Positions 35,487 to 48,742 of a DNA stretch of 64,000 bases are shown here, piece by piece; the first letter of the stretch is position 1; each line of letters begins with the position of its first letter. The notes beneath the pieces were generated by a model that saw nothing but the letters and a program-made list of their open reading frames with translations, had not been told where the DNA came from and ran no database searches. Source of the DNA: Hemiscyllium ocellatum (lineage: Eukaryota). The stretch covers positions 2,542,001 through 2,606,000 of the forward strand of contig NW_026867487.1 in assembly GCF_020745735.1 (NCBI RefSeq), in the 5' to 3' direction. Position numbers and translations under genes: made by a program.

Positions 35487-38400
35487 ACATCTCCCCTAAA
35501 CCTTCCTCTAATCACCTTAAAATTATGCTCCCTCGAGATAGTCATTCCTGCCCTGGGAAAAAGTCCCTATCTATTCACTCGACCTCTGCCTCTCATTGTC
35601 TGACATATCTCTATCACGTCACCTCTCATCCTTCTTTGCTCTAACGAGAAAGGCCCCAGATTCCTCAACCTTTTGTCATTAGACATGCCCTCCAGTCCAG
35701 GCTGCATCCTGGTACATCTCCTCCACACCATCTCAAAAGCTTGCGCATCCTTCCTAAAACAAGGCAACCAGACTGAACACAATATTCCAAGTGTGGTCTA
35801 ACCTGAGCTCAATAGAGCTGCAGCATAATCTCGTGGTTTTTAAACTCAATCCTCCTGCTAATGAGAGACAACACACCATATGTCTTCTGCACAACTCTAT
35901 CAACTTGGTTCGTGGCTTTGCGTGTTCTATGGACATGGACCCCAAGATCCCTCTGTCCCTCCACACTGACAAGAATCCTGTCTTTAAATCTGTATTCTGC
36001 ATTCAAATTCGACCTTTCAAAATGAATTACTTCACACTTTTCCAGGTTGAACTCCTTCTACTTCTCAGACCAGTTCTGCATCCTTTCAATGTCTCCTTGC
36101 AACCTACAACAGCCCTCCACACTATCTACAACTCCATCAACCTTAGTGTCATCTACAAACTGACTAACAAACCCTTCCACTTCCTTATCCTAGTCTTTCA
36201 CAAAAATCATAAAGAGAAAAGTCCCAGAACAGATCCATACAGAACACCGCAGGTTACATAGCTCCAGGCTGAAAACTTTCCATCTGCTACCACCCGCTGT
36301 CTTCTGTGGGCCAGACAATTCTGTATCCAGACAAATTTCCCTGTGTCCCATGCCTCCTTACATTCTGAATGAGCCTATCATGTGGAACCTTGTCCAATGC
36401 CTTGCAAAAATCTATGTACACTCCTCTACCTCCATGTACACCTCATTCACTGCTCTACCTTCATCTCTGCGTTTTGTCACATCCGCAAATAATTCAATAA
36501 GACCTGCTACTCGCAAAGCCATGGTGACTATCTCTAATCAAACTATGGCTTTCCAAGTAATCATAAATCTTGTCTCTCAGAATCTTCACCAATAGTTTGC
36601 CCACCACAACGTAAGACTGGCTGGTCTGTAATTCCCTGGAGCATCCCTATTATTCCTTTCTTAACCAAGGTAAAAATGTTTGCCACACTCCAATCATTTG
36701 ACACGACTCCAATGAACAGTGGAGATCATCACCAAAAGCACAGCAATCTCTTCCCTTGCTTCCTGTAGTAACCTTGAGAATATTGTATCTGGCACAGGGG
36801 ACTTATCTATCGATCCTCTTGTTTTTCAAAATGTTCAGCATCCTCCTTCTTAACATCAACCTGTTCAAGCATATTAGTCGGTTTCATCCTGTCCTCACAA
36901 ATGTCAGGTCCCACTCAATAGTGAATACTGAAGCAAAATATTAATTAATTACCTCCCCTACCTCCTCAAACTCCAGGCACATGTCCATTCCAATATCCCT
37001 GATTGGCCCTACCCTTACTCTGACCATCCCCTTGACCCTTGCAGAAGTATGTAACGCCTTGGAATTTTCCTTGATCATACTCACTAAAGCTTTTTCATCA
37101 CTCCTTCTAGGGCTCCTAATTCCATTACTCAGATCCTTCTTGGCTACCTTGTAACTCTGTCAAACCCTGTCTGATCCTTGCCTCCTCAACTTTAATTAAG
37201 GATCCTTCTTCCTCTGACGAGATGATCCATATCCCTTGTCACCCGAGGTCCCTTCACCCTACCATCCCATCCCTGCCTCAGTGGGATAAACCTATCCAGC
37301 ACTATCAGCAAGTGCTCCATAAACAAGCTCCACATTTCTGTCGTGCATTTTCCTGAGTAAATCTGTTCCCAATTTAGGTGCCCCAATTCCTGCCTAATAG
37401 CATTGTAATTCCCCCTCCACCAATTAAATACTTTCCCATAGCGTCTGCTCCTATTTCTCTCCGTGGCTATAGTAAAGGTCAGGGAGTTGTGATCCCGATC
37501 ACCGAAATGCTCTCCCACCGAGAGATCTGACACCGAGTGTGATTTATTGCCGAGCACCAAATCCCTCCCCTCCAGTCGGCCTATCTAAATTTTGAGTTAG
37601 GAATCCTTTCTGGACAAACCTGACAAAACCTGCTCCATCCAGTCTATTTGAATTAAGGAGGTTCCAATCAGTGTTTGGGAAGTTAAATGGCTATAACCCT
37701 GTTACTTCTGCACCATTCCCATCTGCTCCTCTGTCTCTGTTGCTATTGGGGGTCTGTAGAAAACTCCCAATAAAGTGACTGCTCTTTTCCTGTTTCTGAC
37801 TTTCACCCATACTGACTCTGTAGACAAACCCTCCACAATGACCTCCCTTTCTGCATCTGTAATAATATCCCTGATTAGCAATACCACTCCTCCTTCTGTT
37901 TTACCTCCCCCCTATTCCTCTTGAAACATCTGAATCCTGGAACATCCAACAACCATTGCTGTCCCTGTAATATCCAAGTCTCTGTAATGGCCACAACATC
38001 ATTGTTCCAAGTTCTGCTCCATGCTCTAAATTCATCATCATTATTCCTGATACTTCTAACCATCACACTGACTGCAATTTTGTCCTGACAACTGTCCATC
38101 CCTCCTCACAGACTCGCTGCACGCTGTATCTGGCTGTTCACTAACTACCCCATCCTCAGATACATAACTCCAGTTGCCACCCCATTGCCAAGCCAGATTA
38201 AACTCTCCCAAAGAGCTCCAGCAAACCTCCAGCCCTGGATATTGATGCCCCTCCAGTTCAGGTGTAACCCATCCTTGTTGTACAGGTCCCACCTTCCCCA
38301 GAAAGTATCCCAATGATCCACATATCTGAAGCCATCCCTCCTACAGCAGCCCAGCAGCCTCGTGTTCATCTGCACTCACTCTCTGTTCATAGCCTCATGA

Positions 38401-38850
38401 GCCCGTGACACCGGTAGCAATCCTGAGATTACTATTCTGCTCATCATGCCTTTTAGCTTCCAACCTAACTCACGATATTCTTTTTTCAGGTCCCCATCCC
38501 CTTTCCTACCTACATCATTGACACCGATTTGTGCCATGACTTCTGGCTATTCACCATTGCCCTTACAAATCCTGTAGATTCGATCTGCACCATCCCTGAC
38601 CCTGGAATCTGGGAGGCAACATACCGTCTGAGAGTCTCGTTCAAAACCACAGAAACTCCTGTCTGTTCCTCTCACCATTGAATCTCCTATCACTATCGCT
38701 TTCCTCTTCTCTCCCTTCCCTTCTGAGCCACACAGCCAGGCTCAGTGCCAGAGACCTGGCCGCTGAGGTAGTTGCCTGGTAGGTCTCCCCCACCTTAAAA
38801 AAAACAGTACGCAAAACAGTCGATAAGTTATAGGTATTGTTCACTCACGT
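35487..38850 (-). mobile_element. CR1 LINE, long decayed copy (ORF1 esterase, EN, RT)
   Basis: GFRYVDHWDTFWGRWDLYNKDGLHLN, DVVAITETW, VTLLGVFYRPP, EHFGDRDHNS, RDLGVHVH. Confidence 0.9.
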
Positions 38851-38969
38851 GCCAAGCAACAGCGATCTTGAACAAAACAGAACCTAAGCTTAGCTCCTTG
38901 ATGTTTAATGACATTACTATCATGGAATTCTCCACTATGAATATCCTGGGATTAACCCTGATAAGAACG

Positions 38970-39420
38970 TATAACATAGAACAGTACAGCACAGAACAGG
39001 CACTTCAGCTCTCCATCTTGTGCTGACTTTTTATCATACTTGAAGATCAAACTAAAATACAAACCCTTCATTGTACTATCTTCCATGTGCCTATCCAAGA
39101 GTCGCTTATATGGCCCGAATGTGTCTGACTCTCATTCCACGCACCCATCACTCTCTGTGTAAAGAACCTACCGCTGACATCTCTCTTTAATCTTCCTCCA
39201 ATCACCTTAAAATTATGCCCCCTTGTGATAGTCATTTTCATCCTGGGAAAAAGTCTCTGGCTATCCACTCTATCTATTCCTCTCATTATCTTGAACACAT
39301 CTAAAAAGTCATCTCCCAACCTTCTTCACTCCATTGAGAAAAACCCGAGCTTTCTCAACCTTACTTGACAAAACAGGTCCTCCAGTCCTGGCATCATCCT
39401 GGTAAATCTCCTCTGCACCT
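38970..39420 (-). mobile_element. CR1 LINE 3' end
   Basis: DVFKIMRGIDRVDSQRLFPR..TRGHNFKV..FFTQRV, plus the tail. Confidence 0.85.
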
Positions 39421-40850
39421 TCAGGATTGGAAAATTGCTCATGTTACACTCATTTTTAAGAAGGTGGGGGGAGGCAGAAGACAAAAACAGTTCAAGTCAG
39501 TTAGCCTGACCTCAGTCATTGGGAAGATTTTAGAATCCATTACTAATAAAGAGATTGGGGAGGACAAGGTAAAATAGAGCTGAGTCTGCACAGCTTGGTC
39601 AAAGGGAGGTTATGTCTGACAAGTATGTTACAATTCTTGGAAGAGGCAACAAGCAAGTTCAACAAAGGAGTACAAAAGCAGAATTTGCAGGGAAAACTCA
39701 GCAGACCTAGTAGCGTGAAAGGAGAGAGAAACAGAGTGAACGCCTCAAGTCCAGTGAAGAAAGGTCGCTACCAGGTCTTCTGTATTTGTCCAGCAAACTC
39801 CCTTTATTGAGGTGGAGATGTCAGTATTGGGATGGAGTACACAAAATTAGAAGTCACATGACATCAGGCTATAGCCCAATACATTTATTTAAAATCACAA
39901 ACTTTCATAGTGATGCTCCTTTGTCAGGTGAAGTGACTTCTGACTTGGTCTTTTTTTTCCTGCAAGCAACTTAGCTCATACATCTCCCCACAGTGCTGCA
40001 AGTCTCTTTAAATAATTATCCAATCCCCCACTGAAAGCCACAACTGAATCAATCACCAACACACTCTCAGGCAGTGTAGTCAAGATTGTAGCAACACAAT
40101 TCTTAAAAACGTATCCCCCAAATTCACCTCTTATCTTCCATCAATCACTGAAAACAGTTGTGTTCTGGCCACTGATCTAAGTTGTGAAGCACTCTGCTCA
40201 AACCTGCACTTAACCACTTCTGGTCATTCACTCTCCTTTTCTTGGAGTCAGCATGAATCACCAAACTCAAACATTCATCTATCTCCCTCTGTTGGACAAT
40301 CACTGTATCACTCACACTTGTCTGCCATGCCTTTATTTATTTCTGTTTATTCGGGTCCCAATGAATCACTGAACTCAAACATTCATCTGTCATTCATTTA
40401 TCTTCCTGTATTAGACATTTTTAGTATCACTTGGACTCGGCAACAAGGCAGGTTAAATAAGACCCAAAGATGTTGGAGTAGGGAGGCTATTCGGCCCCTT
40501 GAGTCCAGTTCACCATTCATTGAGATCATGGTTGATCCTATATCCTCAACTCTACTTTCCTGCCTTTTCCTTAAACCCCTTCATTTCTTTATTGATTAAA
40601 AATCTGGCCATCTCAGCCTTGGATACACATAGTGACTCAGCCATCTGTGGGCAAGAATTTCACAGATTCACCATCCTCCAAGTACATACTAAACTGCAGA
40701 AGAAGTAATCAATGGACATACTGAGCAGTTCCATAACAAGTTGATCAGATCAAGTCTGTAATCCTGCCACATCCAGTTCTGAATGATGGTGAACAATTCA
40801 ACAATTAAACTGCTCGATATGTTAAGAGGAGAAAGTTCAATTAATCTTTT

Positions 40851-41160
40851 TTAGATTACTTACAGTGTGGAAACAGGCCCTTCGGCCCAACAAGTCCACA
40901 CCGACCTGCTGAAGCGCAACCCACCCAGACCCATTCCCCTACATTTACCCCTGTCCCTAACACTACAGGCAATTTAGCATGGTCAATTCACCTAACCTGC
41001 ACAGTTTTGAACTGTGGGAGGAAACCGGAGCACCCAGAGGAAACCCACACAGACACGGGGAGAATGTGCAAACTCCACACTGTCAGTCGCCTGAGGCGTG
41101 AATTAAACCCTGGTCTGGCACTGTGAGGCAGCAGTGCTAACCACTGTGGCACTGTGCTGC
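40851..41160 (-). mobile_element. HE1-type tRNA-derived SINE, full length
   Basis: The minus strand gives a tRNA head (cacagtggttagcactgctgcctcacag), a V-domain-like core (gtggagtttgcacattctccccgtgtctg) and a CR1-shared tail (gggcctgtttccacactgtaagtaatctaa). Confidence 0.92.
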
Positions 41161-41584
41161 ATCTACCGACCATGAAGCCTGGAAGTCCAGCACAGCTGGG
41201 AAAATACATGATTTTTACATTTTATTCCCTGGAATATGGGTGTCACTGGCAAGACCAGCATGCGTTGCCCCATGCCTACTTTCCTTTTAACTGAGTGACA
41301 TACTCAGCTATTTCAAATGTCATTAAACATCAAAAGTTTTGCTGTAACAGAAACAGAAATTGTTGGTGAAACTCAACAGATCTGGCAGCATTTGTCGAAA
41401 GAAAACAGTTAATATTTTGAGTCCAGTGACACTTAATCAGAACGAAAACAAACTGTGTCTGGAGAGATTTCCTTCTCTAAACAAATTCAGCAAACTGGAT
41501 GGCTTTTCACAAAAATCAACAAACATTTCACAGTCACAAAGACTTGCTTTCGATTCCAGATTTTATTGATTAAATTTAAGTTTG

Positions 41585-41983
41585 AGCAGCGGCCACAGTG
41601 GGACATGCGCCGCTGTCCCCAGGGCATTAAGGTCTGCCAAAAACCTCGCTCCAGTTGAAACAGCTGACTTTGACCGAGAGTTGCAGACTGGCACATTCCA
41701 AGTTCAGGACCACATGCTGAGGGATGCACTAAAGCCAAAGTGCAATGGGCAAAGACCAACTATCTAAGGCATTTCCATCAAAATATAACAAGTGTCTGTT
41801 AAAATTCATGACATCATTATAACCGGAATGGCTTCCATGATTCAGAATTGCATTTTTGTTGCAACTGGTTTGAAGCTTTTTTTGAGGAAACTCAAAATTC
41901 TACAAGTCTGTGTGGACATGTTTGTACTTTTGTATTTTCCAATAATTTATGAATAAAGTATATTATGAAATTTGTAAAAAAAG
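41585..41983 (+). mobile_element. Tx1-clade LINE 3' fragment (older, related subfamily)
   Basis: gactggcacattccaag.tcaggac and the terminal tttatgaataaagtatatt..aaaa match the ends of the 26-32 kb copies. Confidence 0.8.
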
Positions 41984-42149
41984 TAAACCTGGACTGGTGG
42001 ATTACTCATCAAATTGTTCAATCACCAGTCTCCACCATCTTCTCCCTCACATTTTCGAGCCATTTTCTTCCACCATTATCAAGCAAATAATCCATCCCAA
42101 TCTCATCTGGTGCTCACAGAATTCCTCTCACCATATTTCAGCCACTTCA

Positions 42150-42960
42150 AACCATTTCCCAGAGTATGAGGAAATTACTGAATGTACGGGTTACGATGAT
42201 AATGATGGAGTCTGATAATATTTCACTTGTGGTACTGGAGACTCTCATACACGTGTGCCCTGAGCAATGCTGTTCCAGTGCAACCACAAAACAAGCATCT
42301 GTCTGACACAGTTTCCCTGAACAGAGTTTTCTTTCTCTTCCCAAGGAATGCTGACCATTTGAAAGAACAGGACCTGGTGGGGGTGATAGTTTTTTTGGAC
42401 ATCCATCCAGAGTGGCCATTCCAATAAATATGATTTTAAACAAGTTGTGCCTGAACACCTATCGATCCATTTTCAAGAAGGCCACATGCATTTTTTCATT
42501 GGTTCTCCCACTGAATCCAGATGGAATTTCTATTGCATTCTTCTATATCACTGATACACAGCACAGCACAGTACTGAAACACTGGAGTGTCGTGACAACA
42601 ACTGCTCTATCTGCAATGGTTTTCATTCACTTGTCAAAGTCCTGTTGTGAAACATTTGTTGCCTTAATTGGTGGAAGGCTGAACTGGTCAGATTTTGTTC
42701 TCCTCATTGATGGCAGCCTTTTTGAGATAGGGAACCGCCAAGGTATGGGAAGTCTCAACACAGTCCAGAGTCTCTCCTTCAACAGATGTGGGGGTGGAAT
42801 ATTTGACTGGTCAGTTGTGGGTTGATCTGAGGTTTATTTTGACAATGTTCAAGAACAGGGTAATTGTCATAGTTTTGTAAAGAGGGGACTTGTAGAAATC
42901 TTTGTTGTAAGTCATTTATCATTGATCCTCACTGGGTGTAGTTTCAAAACACTACTTATA
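42150..42960 (-). mobile_element. RTE-clade LINE C-terminal part, decayed
   Basis: VEGETLDCVE..PYLGGSLSQKAAINEE, RAVVVTTL, NGQHSLGRERK. Confidence 0.65.
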
Positions 42961-43744
42961 CGCAACAGTGGCCAAATCCCATGAAGCTACCTTAACAGAT
43001 GAACAAATCCACATGAGAGTAGCAGCTATGTCTCTCCATTGGTGAATTAGGATTCAACTAACCCTCCTTTTTACGTCTTATGCACCAAAGTAAGTGGAAT
43101 AGTTCAACACAAATTCATAGTCATCAAGCTACTGCAGAAAGATGGAGCATTAGATGTGTGGTCAGGTACACAAGTTGCCAAAATCATCACTATTTACAGA
43201 ATGATCTCTAAACATCTCAATTTAGCCCTACAACTGAGCTCAGACATACCTGGAAGGGCAAGTCAGGGTGACACTGGAATGATTCCTCATCCGCAAACGA
43301 GTCATCACAGTACCGCCAATTCATTCATCATACTCCTTTCAAGTCATGTGGCAATGAGTGTTCAATGTAACAGCAGACACAATGTACTGTAACCACAACC
43401 TAGCACATCAACAGCTCAAGCCACAGGACCATCTTCCATCAAACTGAAGTGATGGTGCACTAAGGTTGCTTCCTGAGTGATGAAGCTATCCGTTTTAGGA
43501 TCATACGTCTCACCACCATGACTAGATGGGGCCATTAAAAATGCTCTCCACATTATCTGCTTCAATTGTCCAGGCCAGTTTACCCTGAGTGATTGTCGTC
43601 TTCAACCAATTACTGTAAAGAAGACAAGCTCACCCTTTCGAACATCAACATAGGGAATGTCAAAAATTTCATGACTATTCCACAGCAGAAAGATCAGAAA
43701 AACAAAGAAAGCTGAGAGGTGATACATCCAAAAAGCTACGGGAA

Positions 43745-45190
43745 GATAGGAACAGGAGGAGGCCATTCAGTCCCTTGAACATGTTCTATGTTTCAATAAG
43801 ATCATGGCTAATCTGTGGCCTAAATCCATTTGGCTGTCTTGAGCCTATATCCCTTGATACTCTTGCTAAATAAAAATTAGTCCACCTCACATTTAAATTT
43901 TACAATGGAATTAGCATTCAACGCTATTTGAGGAAGCAAGATCCAAAGCTCCACTCCCCTTTGCCTGCAGAAGTGCTTTGTAATAGGTCTCCTGAATGGC
44001 TTCAACTTAATCCTTAGACTATGCCCCCTGTTTTAGAATCTTGTCCGGTGGAAATAGTTTTATCTTTACCAACACTGTCTTTCCCTGTGAATATATTGAA
44101 GGGCTCGAATGGTCACTCCTGAACCTTCTAAATTCTATTCGATAAAGAATAATTTGTCTAATCTCTCCTCATAACTTAACCCCTGAAGTCTACGTATCAT
44201 CATTGGAAACAGGTGCAGAACTCCCTTCAGGGCTAAACATCTTTCCTTAAGTGTGGTGCCCAGATCTGCTCACAGTTGTCTAAGTTGGGACGAATTAGAG
44301 TTTTGTATAACTTTAGAGCAGCATGCATCTCTGTACTCCAGCCCTTTAGATATGAAGGCCAGCATTCCATTCGCTTCTTGAATATTTTCTGTACCTGTTC
44401 ATGGAATTTCAAAGAGCTATGCACCTGAACCTCAAATCTTAGACTTCCATGGTATGAAACTTGGAGTTTTCTAAAAAAATACACTGATTTTTCTTGCGTC
44501 AGTCCAAAATGGATAACTTCACACTTGCTTCTATTCAAATTCATGTGCCCCCTCATCAAATCTATCAGTAAACTGTTGTAATTTTACGCTGTCATGAACA
44601 CTGTTTACAATGCTGCTCAATTTTGTGTCATCAGCAAGTTTGGATAGTTGACTTTTTATGCTATTATTCAAGTTGTTCATGAATATAGTGAACAACTGAG
44701 GCCCCAATACAGATCCCTGCAGGACACCACTTCATCATGTCATGCTAATTTGAGTACTTACCCATTATTCTCTGGTTCTTGTCACTCAAACGATTTCCAA
44801 TGCAAGTCATTAATTTGTCCTCAATTCTGCTGGCTTCCACACCTCAGTGACAGTCTCTTGTGTGGGTTGTTTGATAAAGTCTTCTGAAAATCCATCGAAA
44901 CAACATCCATTTACTCACCTTTCTCCACCAGCTTTCAACACCTCTCTGACCAAACTTCATTAATCCACGCTGACTCTCTCTGATTAACCGAAATTTTTCA
45001 AGGTGATCAGTTTCACAATCTTTGACTCTAAACTCTAACAATTTTACCATCAGCAATGTTAGGACAACTGGTCTTAAAATCCTGGTTTCCATCTGCCACC
45101 ATGCTGAAAGAACAGGGTGACATGAGCAAATTTCCAATCCAGAGGTCCAACTCCTGAATCTAAGTAACTGTGAAAAATTATGGTTATGGC
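43745..45190 (-). mobile_element. CR1 LINE RT to 3' end
   Basis: RPVVLTLLMVKLLE, SQRGL, KCEVIHFG, LYKTLIRPNLDNCEQIWAPHLRKD, plus the tail. Confidence 0.85.
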
Positions 45191-45199
45191 AATGGCAAT

Positions 45200-45960
45200 G
45201 TGTTCTCCTACCTGCTTCAAAACTGTGGAAGAAAGTGAGATGGAGAGTCCATGACACCATCAGTCGGAATGATCCACGCAATTCTGGATTTATTTTTGCT
45301 GAATGGGTACATAGGGTGTAGTGCTACCAGAAAAAGAAATTTGCATGCATTTTGGTTTTGTCTTCTCAATTTGAACACTTTGCACATTGTACAATATTTG
45401 ATGTTGATGCCACTTCCACTGGTACAGAATGCTTCAGAAAGCATGGCAGAGAAAATCCTGCTGAATGGAATGACAGCCAACTCACAGCTCTGCTTCATTC
45501 GCTTTGTGAATTGGAAGGTGTCAGAGGTCGGTCTACCAATCAGGACATGAGCATATACGGCATCACAGAATTACCTCACCACAATGATAGCTCCTGGACA
45601 GTCAACTTTCACCACACTCTTCATCATCACGTCAGAATCTTTAATCAGATTAACAATATTGATGACAAGATGCAGTTATGTTTTTATGGTGTCTCCAGAA
45701 GCTGCTGAGAAGCAAAAGATCAACTGTACCACGACTTTTTCTGGTATTACATTCACTCGATGGGAGAAGGTCCTGTTTCAGATGTAGAGTCAAATTTCTT
45801 AGCAGGACACTTGCAAATATTTTCTCAACAATGCACAATCCTGCAATGGTTGCTACTAACTCAACAACTTTGCTTCCTTTTGTAAATATGAACAAATGTT
45901 GCAACTTCAAATTCAAGAGAAGTGGTTTCCTGATTCCACACTATCTGGAACAATTCAGTC
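45200..45960 (-). mobile_element. RTE-clade LINE RT fragment (probably the same element as 42150-42960)
   Basis: KIFASVLLRNLTLHLKQDLLPSSECNTRKSRGTVDL is a decayed form of the RTE motif KILARILLNRL..LPESQCGFR..RGTVD. Confidence 0.65.
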
Positions 45961-46543
45961 ATACTGTTAGTGAGTAGAGAGATTCCTCTCTTTTATATTT
46001 TACCAAGTTTTGATGCTGACAACAGTGCTTCGCCACTTGGCAGAAAATGGCTGCTTTGATGATCTCAGCTTTGTTGAACATGGGAATTCTGTGACAAGTA
46101 ACTCACTTCCTGACTCCCCACATCCTGACCACTATCTTCTCAGCAGAAATCAGGAATATGATAGAACACACTTCACGTATATGCTAAATGCAGCTCCATC
46201 CAACACTCAACATGCTTCACACAATCCAGGAGTTTAAAACACATTTGATTGACATCCCATTCAGTTCCTTAAACAACTATACAAAGTGGCAGCAATGCGT
46301 CCTATTTATAAAATTCACGACAACACCTTGTCAAGGAAGCTTCTGCAGTACTTCCCAAACCTGCAAAAGCTACCACCTAGACAAAGAGCTGCAGGTTCCC
46401 ATGTACACTATCACCTGCATATTCCCAACCAAGGAGCACATCATTCTGACTAGGAACTATACTGCCACTCCTTCAGTGTCACTAGGTCAAGGACCTGAAG
46501 CTCCCAGCTGATCTACACTGTAAGTAGCTTCACTCAATGAACA

Positions 46544-46582
46544 GCAGCGACTTGGTCATTTGGCTACGATCAAGTGTGATAC
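46544..46582 (+). pseudogene. U2 snRNA 5' fragment
   Basis: 46551-46577 cttggtcatttggctacgatcaagtgt matches U2 nt 8-34 CTCGGCCTTTTGGCTAAGATCAAGTGT at 23 of 27 positions, ungapped. Similarity is lost after about nt 40. Confidence 0.72.
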
Positions 46583-47059
46583 CCTTCTGAACTGAGTTCA
46601 ATCCTGTTTTATTTCATTTTGAATATACCCCCATCTCCCCATGTCTTCAACCTAATGCTTCAAGAACATTTGAGTTCTCCTCTGATTGGTGAATGTTCCA
46701 TCTAGTTCACACCTAATGCCAATACAGTAACGACTTGACAATCCAGAATGACCAGAAATAACCTAAATCCCAAGCCAAGGGGGTCACATCTCTGCGGTGG
46801 CAACAGTGAAGAAGACAGAATTCATGCCACTGAACTGAGTCTTCTTTATTCAAATTCAATCAATTTCAATCAGCAAACGTCTTCTACCTACAGGGATTTC
46901 TCAATACAGAAACATAAATACTGTGTTCAAAAACATCTCAGGATAGTTGGAATGTCTGAAAGCATTCTAGGACAAGAGTAATGGGACATTACTTTCAAAC
47001 TTCACTGTGGAACCACTATATTCACTGTCACTGCAACAAAACCATATTGTGACCATTCA

Positions 47060-48590
47060 TCTGTCCAACAGGTCAATGTCAAAAGACTGCAGGTTGGCGA
47101 ACATGGTGCCACTATTTAACAAAGGTGATAAAAGAAAAGCTGGGGAACTATAGACCAGTGAGCCTGGCATCAATTGTGGGAAAGTTGGAGGAAATCATGA
47201 GGGACAGAATTTACATGTATTTGGAAAGGCAAGGCATGATTAGAGATAGTCAGCAAGGCTTTGTGCATGGGAAATCATGTCTCACAAACTTGATTGAGTT
47301 TTTTGAAGAAGTAACAAAGAGGATTGATGAGGGCAGAGCAGTTGACGTGATCGATATAGGCTTCAGGAAGGCATCCAACAAGATTCCTCATGGGAGACTG
47401 GTTAGGAAGGTTAGATCTCATGGAATACTGGGAGAAGTAGCCATTTGGATACAGAACTGACTCGAAGATAGAAGACAGAGGGCGGTGGTGGAGGTTGCTT
47501 TTCAGGCTGGAGGCCTGTGACCAGTGATGTGCGCAAGGATCAGTACTGGGTCCACTACTTTTCGTCATTTATGTAAATGATGTGGGTGTGAACATAGGAG
47601 GCATAGATTCTAAACTTGCAGATGACACCAAAGTTGATGGTGTCGGGGACAGTGAAGAAGGTCACCTCAGAGTACAATGGGATCTTGATCAGATGGGCCA
47701 ATGGGCTGACAAGTGGCAGATGAATTTAGATAATGTGAGGTGCTGCATTTTGGAAAAGCAAATCAGGGTAGGACTTATATACTTAATGGATCAGTGGTGC
47801 TGGAAAAGCACAGCAGTTCAGGCAGCATCCAACAAGCCGCGAAATCAACATTACGTCGATTTCACTGCTCGTTGGATGCTGCCTGAACTGCTGTGCTCTT
47901 CCAGCACCACTGATCCAGAATCTGATTTCCAGCATCTGCAGTCACTGTTTTTACTTTCTATACTTAATGGTAAAGTCCTGGGGAGTGCTGCTGAAAACGG
48001 AGACCTTGGAGTGCAGGTTCATAGTTCCTTGAAAGTAGAGCCACAGGTAGATATGATAGTGAAGAAAGCATTTGGTATGCTTTCCTTTATTGGTCAGAGC
48101 ATTGAGTGTCAGAGTTGGAATGTCATGTTGCGGTTGCACAGGACACTGTTTAGGCCACTTTTGGAATATTGGGTGCAATTCTGGTCTCCTTGCTATCGGA
48201 AGGATGTTGTGAAACTTGAAAGGGTTCAGAAAAGATTTACAAGATGTTGCCAGAGTTGGACGACTTGAACCATAGGGAGAGGTTGAATAGGCTGGGTCTA
48301 TTTTCCTTGGAGCATCGGAGGCTGAGGGGTGACATTATAGAGGTTAATAAAATCATGATGGGCATGGATAGGAAAAACAGACAAGATCTTTTCACTGGGG
48401 TGAGGGAGTCCAGAACTAGAGGTCATAGGTTTAGGGTGAGAGAGGAAAGGTATAAAAGTGTATAAAACAGGAAAGTGTTTCACACAGACGGTAGAACGTG
48501 TACGGACAAGATTAGGTTAGGATATCTGGTCGGCATGGACGAGTTGGACCGGAGGATTTGTCTCCATGCTGTACATCTCTATGACTCTGT
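47060..48590 (+). mobile_element. CR1/HER1 LINE RT to 3' end
   Basis: GNYRPVSLASIVGK, SQQGFVHGKSCLTNL, KLADDTK, plus the tail ctgtacatctctatgactct. Same subfamily as 62830-64000. Confidence 0.92.
47778..47970 (+). mobile_element. Penelope-derived fold-back mini-insertion with a 12-bp TSD inside the CR1
   Basis: TSD tatacttaatgg at 47778-47789 and 47959-47970. Palindrome 47788-47916 (64-bp arms, 58/64 paired, 1-nt centre), followed by the family tail. Confidence 0.88.
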
Positions 48591-48603
48591 GAATTTTTTT
48601 TAC

Positions 48604-48742
48604 CAGGTACATTGAGGTGATTGGTAACAGCTTGGAGGTCAGTGAACTGTTCAGGATTTGGAGCAGCAGGCAACAGGTCAAACAGACCATGAGAATGAAT
48701 GCTGGAGAATCCATCCGTTGTACATCCATCCCTCCAGCTCAA
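48604..48742 (-). CDS. Candidate exon of an unidentified minus-strand gene
   Basis: Branch/acceptor ccctaacctcttgcaatag, donor CTG|GTAAAA. A Kozak-context ATG at 48729 gives MDVQRMDSPAFILMVCLTCCLLLQILNSSLTSKLLPITSMYL. No homology recognised. Confidence 0.35.
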
